From contig OZ004607.1 in the NCBI GenBank assembly GCA_963924565.1, positions 23,622,001-23,686,000 on the forward strand: a stretch of 64,000 nt of DNA, in the 5' to 3' direction. Each line of letters starts with the position of its first letter. The stretch's first letter is position 1. The notes under the pieces are model-generated. The model worked only from the letters and a program-made list of their open reading frames with translations. It made no database searches and was not told where the DNA came from. Below, in pieces: positions 11,495 to 23,700 of the stretch. The DNA comes from Ascidiella aspersa. Lineage: Eukaryota. The position numbers and the translations under genes are program-made.

Positions 11495-14400
11495 ATGTCC
11501 TCGATTGCAAAATCTATGAGTATCTTAATACTCGTATTTCTTGGAATGTGGCATCAAGGTACGTTTTATACTACAGTTTTAAACCTAGGCGTGTTTATGT
11601 CGTGTATAGTTATTCCTAAGTTTAATTAAAAGTGGTTTGTTTTATAATAAAAAAACAGCCCTGTACAACATATACGACCGGCGTACGGCCTACGACGTAT
11701 TTCAAATTCAGTAGTTTAATAATAAATGGTCGCATAGAGGCCGTTCTAGACTTCTAGGGAGCCCAGGCTATGCTATGTTTTTTGCTAACTTTACTATGTT
11801 CTGTTAAAAAATGTATCCAATATTAATTTACTTTGCCCGTTTTAAGGAAATATATTTCGCCCCCAAGCGCACTGCACTGTATGAAATGTTGCATCGTGTC
11901 GCTATCTCATAAGCTCTACAAAGTGAAATTTCTGTTACCGGTAACTTAGACTACGAATGCTAGCAATATGCAAATCTCGTTTATGCACCCATTGTGCCTC
12001 GTATTCTTTTAAATTAAAAGCCAATTTAAACCAGATAAAATTCGATTTACACTAAATCTTTAACTTAAAGACACTTGGAAGCCCAAAAACGAAAAAAAAT
12101 CCGGAGAGTTTTGTTAATATTCTGCAAATGTCTACATAGCCGTTTTTCGGTCTAAAGTTTTACCTGCGTTTATACTGCTACGTAATACCAAGTAAGTTTT
12201 CGCTATCTTAATTTATAAACAAATGATATCAAAAACACTGTATTCTTCAAGCAGACATTACGAAAGCGCTCGATTTAGCATTTTAGAACGAATAAAACAA
12301 ATTGGACTTTTGGTCATCGCAACTTCCGGCGTTTAAAAGCTTTTTGCACATTCATCAAAGTTATGCTTGCTATGGCAATTGTGATCACGCAGTCAATGTT
12401 TAAATTACGATTTAGGGTTTGCAGATACAAATTGCCATGTTTAACAAAAATGTGGGTAGCTCGGATTGCAGACTACACAGGCTTATACTGATAAATAACA
12501 TGAAGGCCTTATTTATGACTCCAGTGTTACAGGCAATGACTAAATTTGCTTCACAAAAGCGAATTTTTTTAGGAGGTTACCCGTTATTATCATTTTTATC
12601 ACATCTCGTATTGCAAAATTCACACATGTAAAATTGTAGCGTTTCTTATAATTATAATCCTTTGTGTTTTTTTACAAAGCACGTACTAATATGGCCGGTT
12701 GATTTGGTAAACATTTAACATCTAACGATTACTAAACTGTGTGAAATATTCAACTATCAACTTTCCATTAGTGACTTAGTCCGTTTTGTGCTTCTATGCA
12801 TTTAAGGAGAAATGACATGTTGAGATTTTGTTATTAAATCGCAAAAATGCTAAGTCTGCGAACAACAACTTATCGGATTATTCTGGCTCCCTCGGGGCCC
12901 TTTTATTTCTTACGCCCCGAAGTGGAAATTGTTTCTGTCAATATTATCGAAGCGCTTGAAGATTCCCTGAAATTCAATATTGCGGAGCTTGTTCCATTGT
13001 TTACGATCGACCCAATGTTAAAGCCCAGCCGAGACACGCGCCACCGTGCAATCGCTGATTAGTTTTGCTTGGAATTTCTGATCGATCCATATGGCGGTCG
13101 AGTAAAAGGCTCTGCTCCCTGCAAACAATTTCCCATTTTGAGATTAGTGTTTAACTCAAATTGTTTTCCCCTTGGCATTGTAAGAGCTTATAGTTTGTTT
13201 CAAAGCTTCTGTAATTATGGGGGAAATCGTATTTTGGCAAAAATCACGCAAGACCAAATGCTTTCTAGGCCCAGAGTATTTTAATCACCACCATTTGAGA
13301 ATACAATTCCTATCTTATTAACGTTTATATTATAACGTAAATTATATATTCGTTAAAGCAAAAAGGGTCAAACGTTTTAGAAAAATATATCGATATTTCG
13401 ATCCACCCCATTAACGCCGTTCGAATTCGAATTAATTATAATTATTGGTAATTATAATTAAAAAAAATTGTTAATAACAAGCACAAATAGTGTTTCTGGA
13501 AACTTATTTTTGTTTACCTTGTTTGTCCTATAGTTTCTTCCGCAGCTGTGCTTTCTGTTCTGCCTTCATCAGTTACAAGGATTGTTGGATCTCAGGCTGT
13601 TTTTGAGGTAAAACTCTCGTAAACTAATTTTCTAGAATCTAGATCGTGAATGCCAAATCATTTTTAAACAATTGCTTTTCGACAGGGTCGTGACTCGTAA
13701 AAGGCTTCTTAAGGCTGTTTTGTGTTAGATTTGTTATAACAAACCGCCTTCTTCCCTTTCCGCAAGGCACTTTACCTGTTTTTCTCTATTGACAAATACT
13801 TTAAAGTAGTTACTAGTAAAAAACGTATGTTACAAGAATCTTCCCTCTAACGGTAAATTTGTCTTGTTTTGATCAATTGTGTATGTAATGTGTTTGATTA
13901 AGGCAGTAGAAATTTAAAATAGTTCATGGCACCCCTGCTCGTGTTCAACTAACCGATTATGCAATACGAATTTAATTAATCAAAATGGGCCAAATCCATG
14001 AACGATTATGTTGCAATCTACTATTGGTTGCGAAAGGGCAAGGTGTATCAAGGCTATATAATGCAGGCAACTGACTTCACAATGTATGTCAATTTCACCA
14101 AAAACAAGAGTTAAAATAAAACATAAATGTAATGTTTAACTTTTGGATCATTAAAGTGTGCTGTCCACCTCCAGAAGTTTATTGCTAGGCATCCAAACAA
14201 TCTTTTCTATGGTCACAAAATGGTCATTTTATATATAAACTGTTGCTACCAGGCATAATATTCAATAACGTTAATTTCCAGAGGGACAGTTTTTGATTGG
14301 TCTTTTCAGGTTCATTATTCAAGATATGTGATATTGTTGTAGTTTGTTTTGAATGTAGCGGTGAACGCACTAACTATCTTGACAAGTCCTTGCAATTTCT

Positions 14401-17400
14401 TTCCCCCCCCAATCTTTATCGTGAAGCACTTTCTATCATTTCCATCGACCTAACCATTTATTCCTACTGGTCGCAAATGTTTTGATGCTCAACAGTCAAA
14501 TCAGGCACTTGTAAGGTATCTTTTGCTTGAGAAACTAATATCACAGACATGTTAAAACTATCAAATATCATTTCCCCCCATGTCGTTACGACAGGTTGGG
14601 GTGGCTAACCAATAGATATAATTTTGGCTGGCCTTGTTTAGTTTTACGGCTGCTGTTTTAAATTTTGTAATTGATCAGCATCTTAAAATCCCAAATGCCC
14701 TCGGAAGGCTTGCCGAAATCTGTCGGCCTAATCAGGATTTACGTTAATGGGTGCCGTTATCGTCATGCAGTCAGTACGATTCGAGAAGGACTTCATCACA
14801 GAATGTACACATTGTGCAGACATGGCTCGACAACCCACCCTGGCCAACGCCAAACTCAGAAACGTCTCGACGTGTAGGCCTAGTAATAAAAAAACTACAT
14901 CACGAACAAAATTGTTTTTTTTTACCTAAATTTATATTTTGAAGCGTTCTTATTTTTTTAAATTGTTACCTTATTATGTTTACTTGACCTAGTTAAATAG
15001 TAATTTTACCAATGTAGGAAACTAAAATAGCCTAAATACAAAATTAGTGTTTCTCCCAACCTTTTAATTTTCTCCCGGTATAACCATATTCTGAAATGAT
15101 CGACAACCCCTCGCACGTTTTCAACCTGAAATTACAAAATGAAGCTGAACTGTCACATATTTAACAACTTTATAATAAAAGTTAGAACCACTGTTATAGA
15201 CAAACATTTATTTTTTTTCATTTTAGTTTACCGCAACCAACGTTACAAGCGGAACAAATTTTCAATGGACAGTGTATGGATCAATGGTTGCGAATTTAAC
15301 CGTCACTGACTCCAATTTGATGATTGAAGTCGCATCGGAATACAGTGAGAACATAAGTAACCTTAAAACCTAGTTTAAAGTATAAGTATGTTTGAAACAA
15401 GCTAGACAACCTTGTTTTTATAACCGCTGACCAGAAGCATGCAATTAAAAAATTCAAATGAACTACAGCGTTTTCTTTCTTGTATATTTTACCTTTAAAA
15501 TCATAAGATTCAACGCATCATACCTAAAATCGATAAACATGGTTATAGGTTTATTAATATTGAATGGGTGACCTTTATGATCAAACCAATTATTATTATG
15601 ACCCTATATTTGAAAAGGTGTCTCCATAACTGCTGCGACCGAATTTGAATAGCGTTTATATTGTGCAAACAATTGCTAGCAGGAAAACTTAATAAATATT
15701 GCAGCAATACTGAACATACTTTTCACAATGTTGTTGGGTTAGTCTTTTTTAATAGTGCGCCTAGGTAATTCGTAAAATCACTCGTAGTGTTAAGTTGATG
15801 TTTAAATCCAGGGTGGCACATTGCACCATAACAAGTCGCGCACTAAACATTAGGGATAGCGCAATCAAGTATAGCTGCTCGTAAAAATATATAAATACCA
15901 GAGTGTCATTAAAGCTTATAATAGTATTTATATGTTATAGACTACCATAGGTCCTTCTTTTAGAAGGTTTGTCCTCTTTTAAAAAAACGAATGGTTACAT
16001 GAGGACACTAAAAAGTGTATTTTTCCTTTAAAATTTTTTTCCTTTACTTCAAGATATAAAGGCCAATGCTTTGTCCTCAAAGCAATTGAATTTTCCCTGC
16101 CTTTGAAAGGTCACACTTGTTGCTTGTGTAACGCCTGTATTAATCATCGATTAATTGTTTTTGTTTTGTTAAGACTTGACTGCTGTTGGTAGTTTAGCCT
16201 CTGGTGTAAACATGACCTTTACCATTAAAAACGTCGTTGGAACATCAAATATTCAACTCAGTGGAAATATGACCTCGGCAAGCGCGACACTTAATGTAAA
16301 AGGTAATGGATATATTTTCACTGAACTTAAAATTTGTGACTGTTTGCCAGTGCTGTTTACGATATAAATTTAAAAAGAGGTGCTTTAATTGCGCTTTGCG
16401 ACGCCCTGGTGCGTCGTAAAATAATTTTTTTTTTTAAAAGAACGTTTTAGGTTCAAACATATTAGCTGTTCGTCCGAAAGTATTAGGCTAAAATTAACAA
16501 ATTTGTGATTTATTATGTCCTTATCTTATTTCTATGATATAAAGCGGATTGCGGCATGGCACCCACCGGGAATGGTAGTTGTATCGCCTACAACTGCATG
16601 ACCAACAGCACCATATTTTGGGGACAGCCGGCCGGAAGCAATTCTGTGAACACTTTTAACTGCTACAATACTTCTACTTGTGGCGCTGATGCGAATTGGT
16701 CGATGCTAATAAAAAAGTGCGACACTGTGGTAAGTTATATATAGCTGTTAGTTTGGAAAGTTTTGTTAAATATAACCTAAAAGACCTTTGTAAATTTGAT
16801 TTTATAAAAAAAAAACATGTGAAATTATACAATGTAAATTTGGGGGCCATGTCTTGTCTTTTGTTTAAATATCAACGAAAAAGAATCGCATTATGTACTT
16901 AGGCGGTCGGATGCCTCGCAGGCAACAAGTGGGGAATGAACTGCAGCAACACGTGTGGTGCAGGTTGTCCTATCGGCATGTGCCATTTCAGCAATGGAAG
17001 CTGTATAGATGCCAGTGGTTTTGTAACCAATTGCAGTTCTGGATATACAGGAAGTCTTTGTAACCAGGTAACATTTTCTATAGTATTTTGATAACTACCT
17101 ATATCACATCTATTGTAAAAGTGGCATGTTTGACCTAAAAATTGGAATTGTAAAGCATGTGGTTATTTTTGTCATAAAATCACCACATATATATAAACTC
17201 CTTGATAACTTGCTTAAAATAAATTGTGTCCTTGCTAAAACAAAACTGTTTTAGTCGCAGTTGTCGTAAATTAATTTTGCAGTGAGCGAAAGATAAATTT
17301 TAACCAAATTCTCTAATTTATTTTAACCAAATTTTGTCTCTAAAAAGTAAGGCAGTAAAAATTGGCCAGAGCCCCTTGATTACTTGCATTCAACTTCGTT

Positions 17401-19555
17401 ATGGATTTGCACTTGCTCCACAAATTATCTAGCTGACCGGGCTGATATAGGTTAGGGGGAACCAGGTCATGGCTTCCTTTAAAATTAAAACTATATTTTT
17501 TGACAATAATTACTGTAAATCCAATTAAAAAAAATTAAAAAAAAAAGTTCGAACTTTTATGTGATTTTTTTAAGCTGGGGAAATCTTTTTGAAATGACTG
17601 AAATGAAGTTCTAGTCATTCGCGGGGTGCAAATATAACGTCTTTATTCACCCAAGTCAAGTCCCTATCAGTCATAGCCAATATACATGTCAAGTCAAACC
17701 CAAGCCCCGTTATTGCCATCCAAATAAATGTTTTAATTAGCAAATCACCAGCTTCATTCTGAGCAATATTTCGCACAGCAAAACGAAAATTGTTACATTT
17801 GTTAATTATCAATTGCGCAAATGACTTAAATTTAAAGCATATTATTTATTCAATTGACTTAATTGATTTCAACAATACAATATTTTGCTTATGGAACAAG
17901 CGAAGCACTTCAATCACAGATATATGTATATTTTAGTACGAAATAGTTTAATTCAAACCATGTAAAGTTCCTCGCGTGAGCCCGTGTATTATTTGTTTTC
18001 ATAGATGGTGTGTGCGAACAATAAATGGGGCGACAACTGTAATATGTCATGTGGAAGTGGATGCAAAACACAATGCAACAAAGCTAACGGTTATTGCCTA
18101 GTAAACGAGACAATTGACTGCAAGTTTGGGTGGACTGGATCGAAATGCGACGTGGTATTTAATTATATGCTTTTTTAATTGGTTAATCTTGGTAAATTGA
18201 AAATCGTTACCGAATAATCTTAGTTGTAATATCTGGCGACATAGTCAACTATAAAGCGTATTAGAGCACTGTAATATGTCGAATAAAACCTAAAAAAATA
18301 TCTTGTTGCCATCCTTAGTTCTTTAAAGAACTTCGAAAATGCACAATACATGGATATATGCAAACTCACTTGCAAACACTGGTTAAGTGACATTAGATCA
18401 TAGCTGGCCTTCCAATTGGCTGACCTGCTGTGCCCACATTTATATACCGTACTTTAATTTAACTTTCATCATTTTTAAAAATAAGACATAGCCAACGAGC
18501 TTACTTATCTTTGCACTTATAGCATGAATATAATAAAGTATTTCATCGCAAAGGCCTGACGTTTTGCCAAAGTATAATTGATTACCATAGGCTATACAAA
18601 ACAAATCACCAAACAGTAATTATAAAAACAGCCAGGTTGCCAGTTCGACGGTGTGTGGGGTGTAAACTGCAGCAGGGCATGTGGTATGGGATGCCCAGTT
18701 TTTGTCTGCGACTTCGCAACTGGAAGGTGCTTGGACAACGCAACCGGCCTCCCCCTCGATAACCCAACTTGTCGTGATGGTTACACAGGAAACCTATGCG
18801 AAACACGTATGTTAAGCAGAATTTTTTTTTCGCACATTTAATATATACTAAATTTATTATTTTCCGATTTTCTTTAACGATTCCTACTTTGGAAATATAA
18901 AATAGTAAGCTTCCTAACTCTAAAATGCAGACGTAACGGCTGTACCATTCGTAAAAACATTTTTATATTTCTCAGCAATATGTGGTGACTGTCAAGGCGG
19001 AACTTGCTTGGAGCCAAACTTTTGTGGCCTTTGTCCGATTCATTTCGCATCAGGAACAACCTGCAGAAGTAGGCCGAATTAGATTCTATTGGCTTACATT
19101 ACAGAAACACTTTTCAATAGAAGATTAAACTAACGAGGAAATCCATAACGAGGAAATTCATAAAACCGATGTTTCATAGATACTATATAGTATTTATTAG
19201 AAGGGTAGAAAATTAACCGACAAAAAAGTAACTTAAAAGGCTTTCATTAAACGTAAGGCCACATATTACCAATAAAAAAATACCCTACTTTAGTTGTGTG
19301 AACACTTAACATTCACTTTATTGCTTTAGTGACTGATACTAAAATTTACAATTTTGTTTATGAACCTAACGTATTTCCACATTATTCGATTGAAGTAAAA
19401 TAAATTTCAATGAGTTTTAATGCTTGGTTTCAGACATACGTTTGGACGGATTTCTAAAAGGTTCGATTCCAACTTTTGCCATACTTACGGTGATTGTTGT
19501 TTTGCTCACCGTCTCCTCCAAGTGGTACATCAGGCGAAAGTTGAAACTCGCCTAA
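11495..19555 (+). CDS. Type I membrane glycoprotein: signal peptide, Ig-like, Sushi/CCP-like, 3 laminin/MEGF-type EGF + 1 EGF, TM, short tail (~428 aa, 10 exons)
   Basis: Phase-consistent GT-AG exons: 11495-11558, 13534-13607, 15227-15356, 16174-16302, 16545-16729, 16903-17067, 18005-18154, 18632-18806, 18976-19068, 19434-19555 (1287 nt). Translation: MSSIAKSMSILILVFLGMWHQVSSA-AVLSVLPSSVTRIVGSQAVFEFTA..NFQWTV..MTFTIKNV..ASATLNVK; DCGMAPTGNG..YNC..TCGADANWSMLIKKC; three C..WG.NC...CG.GC....C...G.C...C..G(Y/W)TG..C repeats; PICGDCQGGTCLEPNFCGLC; TM GSIPTFAILTVIVVLLTVSS; KWYIRRKLKLA*. The first two exons are the least certain. Confidence 0.85.
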
Positions 19556-20796
19556 ATGCTACAGGGCTTGGATGATGCAGCGCAGGACACATACCATATC
19601 TACACGCGCCTTTGTGTTCAGAACCCAACTATAATTGGCGTATATGTTGTTCACATTGATGTTTGTTTTTTGCTGGTTGCCGTTCGTTTAAGCCTCTTGA
19701 GGACAATGAGCGATGTATTGGTTTTAAATGAAATACGAAATAACATAACTAACGCATTTTTCGTCGTGAATCAAGTGTTCCTTTGTTTCTCTTTTGTGTG
19801 GGTAGATCATTTAAAAAAATTGTTAGCTTTATTGCAGTCTGAAACTCGTACTTTGCTTTATAAAATACATTTTATCAGTTTATGTTCGAAAAACATAAAT
19901 TGTGATGATTACCTGAAGGGCTAAAATCTTACTTTAAGGTAGAGTGAAGCTAATTTTTACTGGCAAAGACAAAACTATGCAGTAAATAAACTCCTAAAGT
20001 GCAGTGATAAAATAATTGGCCATTTAAAATTAGGCTACACTGGAAGGATAAAATATTTGGGCACCAAACTAAATTGACTGGCACTAAAATCTTTCAATTG
20101 GCATGGCGCCGTCCTAACCAACAAACTAATACTTTAAATAGGTTTTAGGCAGTTCCCGGTCAGGTTTACGGTCCGTGAGAAAGTTTATGTGTTTCGCAAG
20201 TGCACAGGAATTTGTCAAAATTAAAGCCAAAGATTTCTTGAAACAACCGTTTACGGCGTTTAGGCTACTATTGACCGCAATTAATACAACCCAGGATTCT
20301 TCTTTTAATATAAACAAAGCATGTGTGCCGTAAACAAAAAACACAAAAATATTTTATCAAGCTAATTGCATTATTATTTACGAAACACAAAAACAAGTAT
20401 AGTTAAACTCGCGAAATGAAGGTTGTAAACAACAAATGACCCCATAATAAACTTGTATACAGAATTTTCGCCATTAAGGTAATAAACCATATGCTTATCT
20501 TATTACTGGATAACAGAGCCATCTCTTACAAATAACTTTATTTTTGTCGCATTTGGTCGCTTTTCTTAGTTGCTTCCTAAACCTACAGATAGTTGAAAAA
20601 ACAGAAAAGCCTGTTTATCAGTTTTATGTTTTTCCTGTAAGCAGTAATATAAAAACGTTTTTTTGATTACTAACATTAGGACCTGTTGCTCGATATTTTG
20701 CTATGCGCGCACAATGGCTTGTAAAACTTTGTTGAAATATGCTGAAACTCGGCGTAGTGCTGCTATCAAAATTGCACACGTCTGTTTACGTTATTG

Positions 20797-23700
20797 TTAG
20801 GTTGGTTGCAGCAATACACTTCTTTTACTCGTAAACATTTGAAATGATGCTGGGGTCATTTTGCGTTTCTTCCATTTTAATCTTTGCTGCTTCTTCGAAT
20901 ACCGAGATTTTTTCCTGTTGGTTGTGGGCAACCTGTTTCGCCACGGCAACCAAAAGCCTCCGTGCAATTTCGGGTCCGATCTGCGTTGCATTTTTGGATA
21001 AAGGACTGGAACAGCGGACGCATTGTACTCCGTTAAGCGAGAGAGTAGAAGATTAACCACCTTCGTTAATATAAATATGACAAGTAACAATAATATACAT
21101 GGAGAGGCTATTTAATGAAATTGACAGTAACCTATTTAATATATTTATCGTCACTTATGCGAATGTTCGACCGGTTAATTGCAAATTGTATGGATTTACA
21201 TGGTATGGTATTAAGTTAACAAAGTAAATGCTAGTATAACCTTAAATGTTTTTTCTATAATCACCTCTGGATAAAGATCTGATACCTCATCACGTTCGTA
21301 TGGGTCAGTAGAAATTCGATATAGATTTATATTTTTTGTTGCATTTTCGTACGTTTGCAAATCATTTCTAGTTGGTTGATACGCCTCCCACTCTGGAGGT
21401 TTTACCCAATCACCAATTCCTACAAATATAAGTACACAAAGATATCCAATATTGAAACAAACCCATTTTTGATAGCACCAATGTGAAACAATGCTGAAAA
21501 TTGTCCCAGTATGCTTCAAAATTCACTAAAAGTTCAATTGCACAGTGTTTTCTCAGAACTTGTCAGCTTTAAAGTTAAATGGATATCTGGCCATACTTAA
21601 ACGTTTACGGTTGGGAAACAACTTTACCTTAGTTGTAAAATCTTCAGCTGCTATAGTATTTTAACTCAGTATTGTCAAGGTCGCAGCGTTTTTGAGTACT
21701 CTTTAAAAATGTTTTGTTTCTTAAATAAATGTGTGTTTCGGATATTTTTGAATGGAAATTGCAGATGAAGCAACTGTAGGCTATGGGTACAAATGGCTAC
21801 AACTTTCAAAACAGTACAAAAGTATTAAACATTTATTTGTTAGAACTTTTGGAACACATGGAAGCGAATTTGTCTCGAAATAACAAGCATTTCAATCCGC
21901 GAAATAGTACCTGGGTCGCCAGTTACGAGTTTCCATTCTCCTGATCGTATCGCAGACCTCACAGAGACGTCAAATCCTTGTCTAACTTCTCGGTGTAACT
22001 TCTTCTTATACAATGGATCGATATTATGGAGGATTTCAGTACGCTTTGTCGCAGCGTTCTCACTTAAAAACAACAAAAGTAATAGAAAACATCTTAAAGG
22101 AAAAAGTACCGATCAGTTATTCTTTGTGAACAAAATTTCCAAATTACTGTCAAGTTACTTTTAGTTCTGAAAGTCTTTATAGTTCAACATTTGATGTTGA
22201 TGGGAAAACAGAATGTAAACAGACATAAAGGATAGATTAATTCATTACATCTGTGTGTTCACTATAATTATTTTGTTAAGCGTAAATCAAAGATTTTAAT
22301 AAACATTCTACATCGGCAACAGTTAACACTTGGACTAGTGCGAATTATAAAAGTTCACCTTATGGTCTTCCACTGGTCGTAGCCGTCCAATCGCTGTGTG
22401 CCTTCGACAATAGGACATTTGGTGGCGCTCATGATTGTCGGAAACCAATCAGAAATATGTATAAGCTGGCGATTTACGTATGGAGCTGCCAGCTTTAGGA
22501 GTTTGCTATAAACGAAGCCGACCCCTCGCGTTCCTCCTTCCCACAAAGTCCCCTTTCGACCCCGAAGTGGCCAGTTGTTTCCGCCTCTTGATGTCTGCCC
22601 ACCATTGTCTGAATATTGCACATAATTTAAATTTGAGGCAAAAGCCTCTGTGTTGTTTCAATTACAAAATTATTTCCAAGGATGGTTTCAAAGAAATATA
22701 TATTCGTAATTCTATAGCTTTCAATAAATATATACCTCAAAAAAGGTCAGAAAAAATCAAACCTGTTGAAAATATGAAGATTGTGTCTTTCCACATCTTA
22801 GCTCGCTTTAAAAACGACACAAGTTTTCTTATTGAACGATCCATGGATAGAACCATTCGGGCGTAAGTTCGTCTAAAATATTGAACTGATATTACCACAA
22901 TTAGATTTTTATCTTGACTTTTTAAAAATTAAAAATTTGTCTACAGGAAATGTAGCAAACATCAACGCCTGCACATCGTCAATAAACAAACATCAGGAAC
23001 AATTACGTTAGGCAAAAATTAAATTTAAACCTCTTTGAATCCTTGATATCCCGAAAGCGCTTCTGGAATTTCGGAGGCGCCTGCAAAGGACCATGAACTG
23101 ACTGCAGCGACATGTACAGAAACATCGGCTAAACACGAACACGTAAACTTGTCAACCAAAACTATGAATTAAGATATGTTTTGCATGGTCTTTTACTCCG
23201 GTTTTAAATACTTATAGGGTGCTTTCTGAAAGAACTATAGGGCGTTGTACGTTAACTTGCAAATAAAAATCTTTTCAAACCAGAAAGCACCAAAATATTT
23301 TGCGCTTGGCGCGAACCTATTACATTCGTTCAGGGATGCAATACAAATTGTATAAACCTACAAAGTTTGAGAAACTAAACTGAAGATGCTTTTGGCCGTC
23401 TAAAACTGCAGTTAATATAAAAGTTTTTCGGACTATGAATCGTCGTCGCTTGACATTTTATGGACGAATTACCTTGTGTTTGCTTTTGTTTTTGGAGTGC
23501 TGCTCAATCAGCCTCTTCGCCCGTTGAGTAAACAGATCGCCAGAGTAGATTCCCCAAGTCGAGTTGGTGGGACCTTTTCGCGAGTCGACCATGTCAACGC
23601 CGCAAAAACGTCGAGTTTTTCTTGGCTCACAATGGTAGCGGGTGTAGTAATCTGTTCCCCCGTTAAGAAAGCCTTGAATTGCGAAAAACACGAGGAGACG

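Noticed and set aside
19556-19924. 122-aa ORF immediately after the receptor stop codon
   Set aside because: No recognisable domain, AT-rich low-information composition, and it lies in the expected 3' UTR before AATAAA at ~19985.
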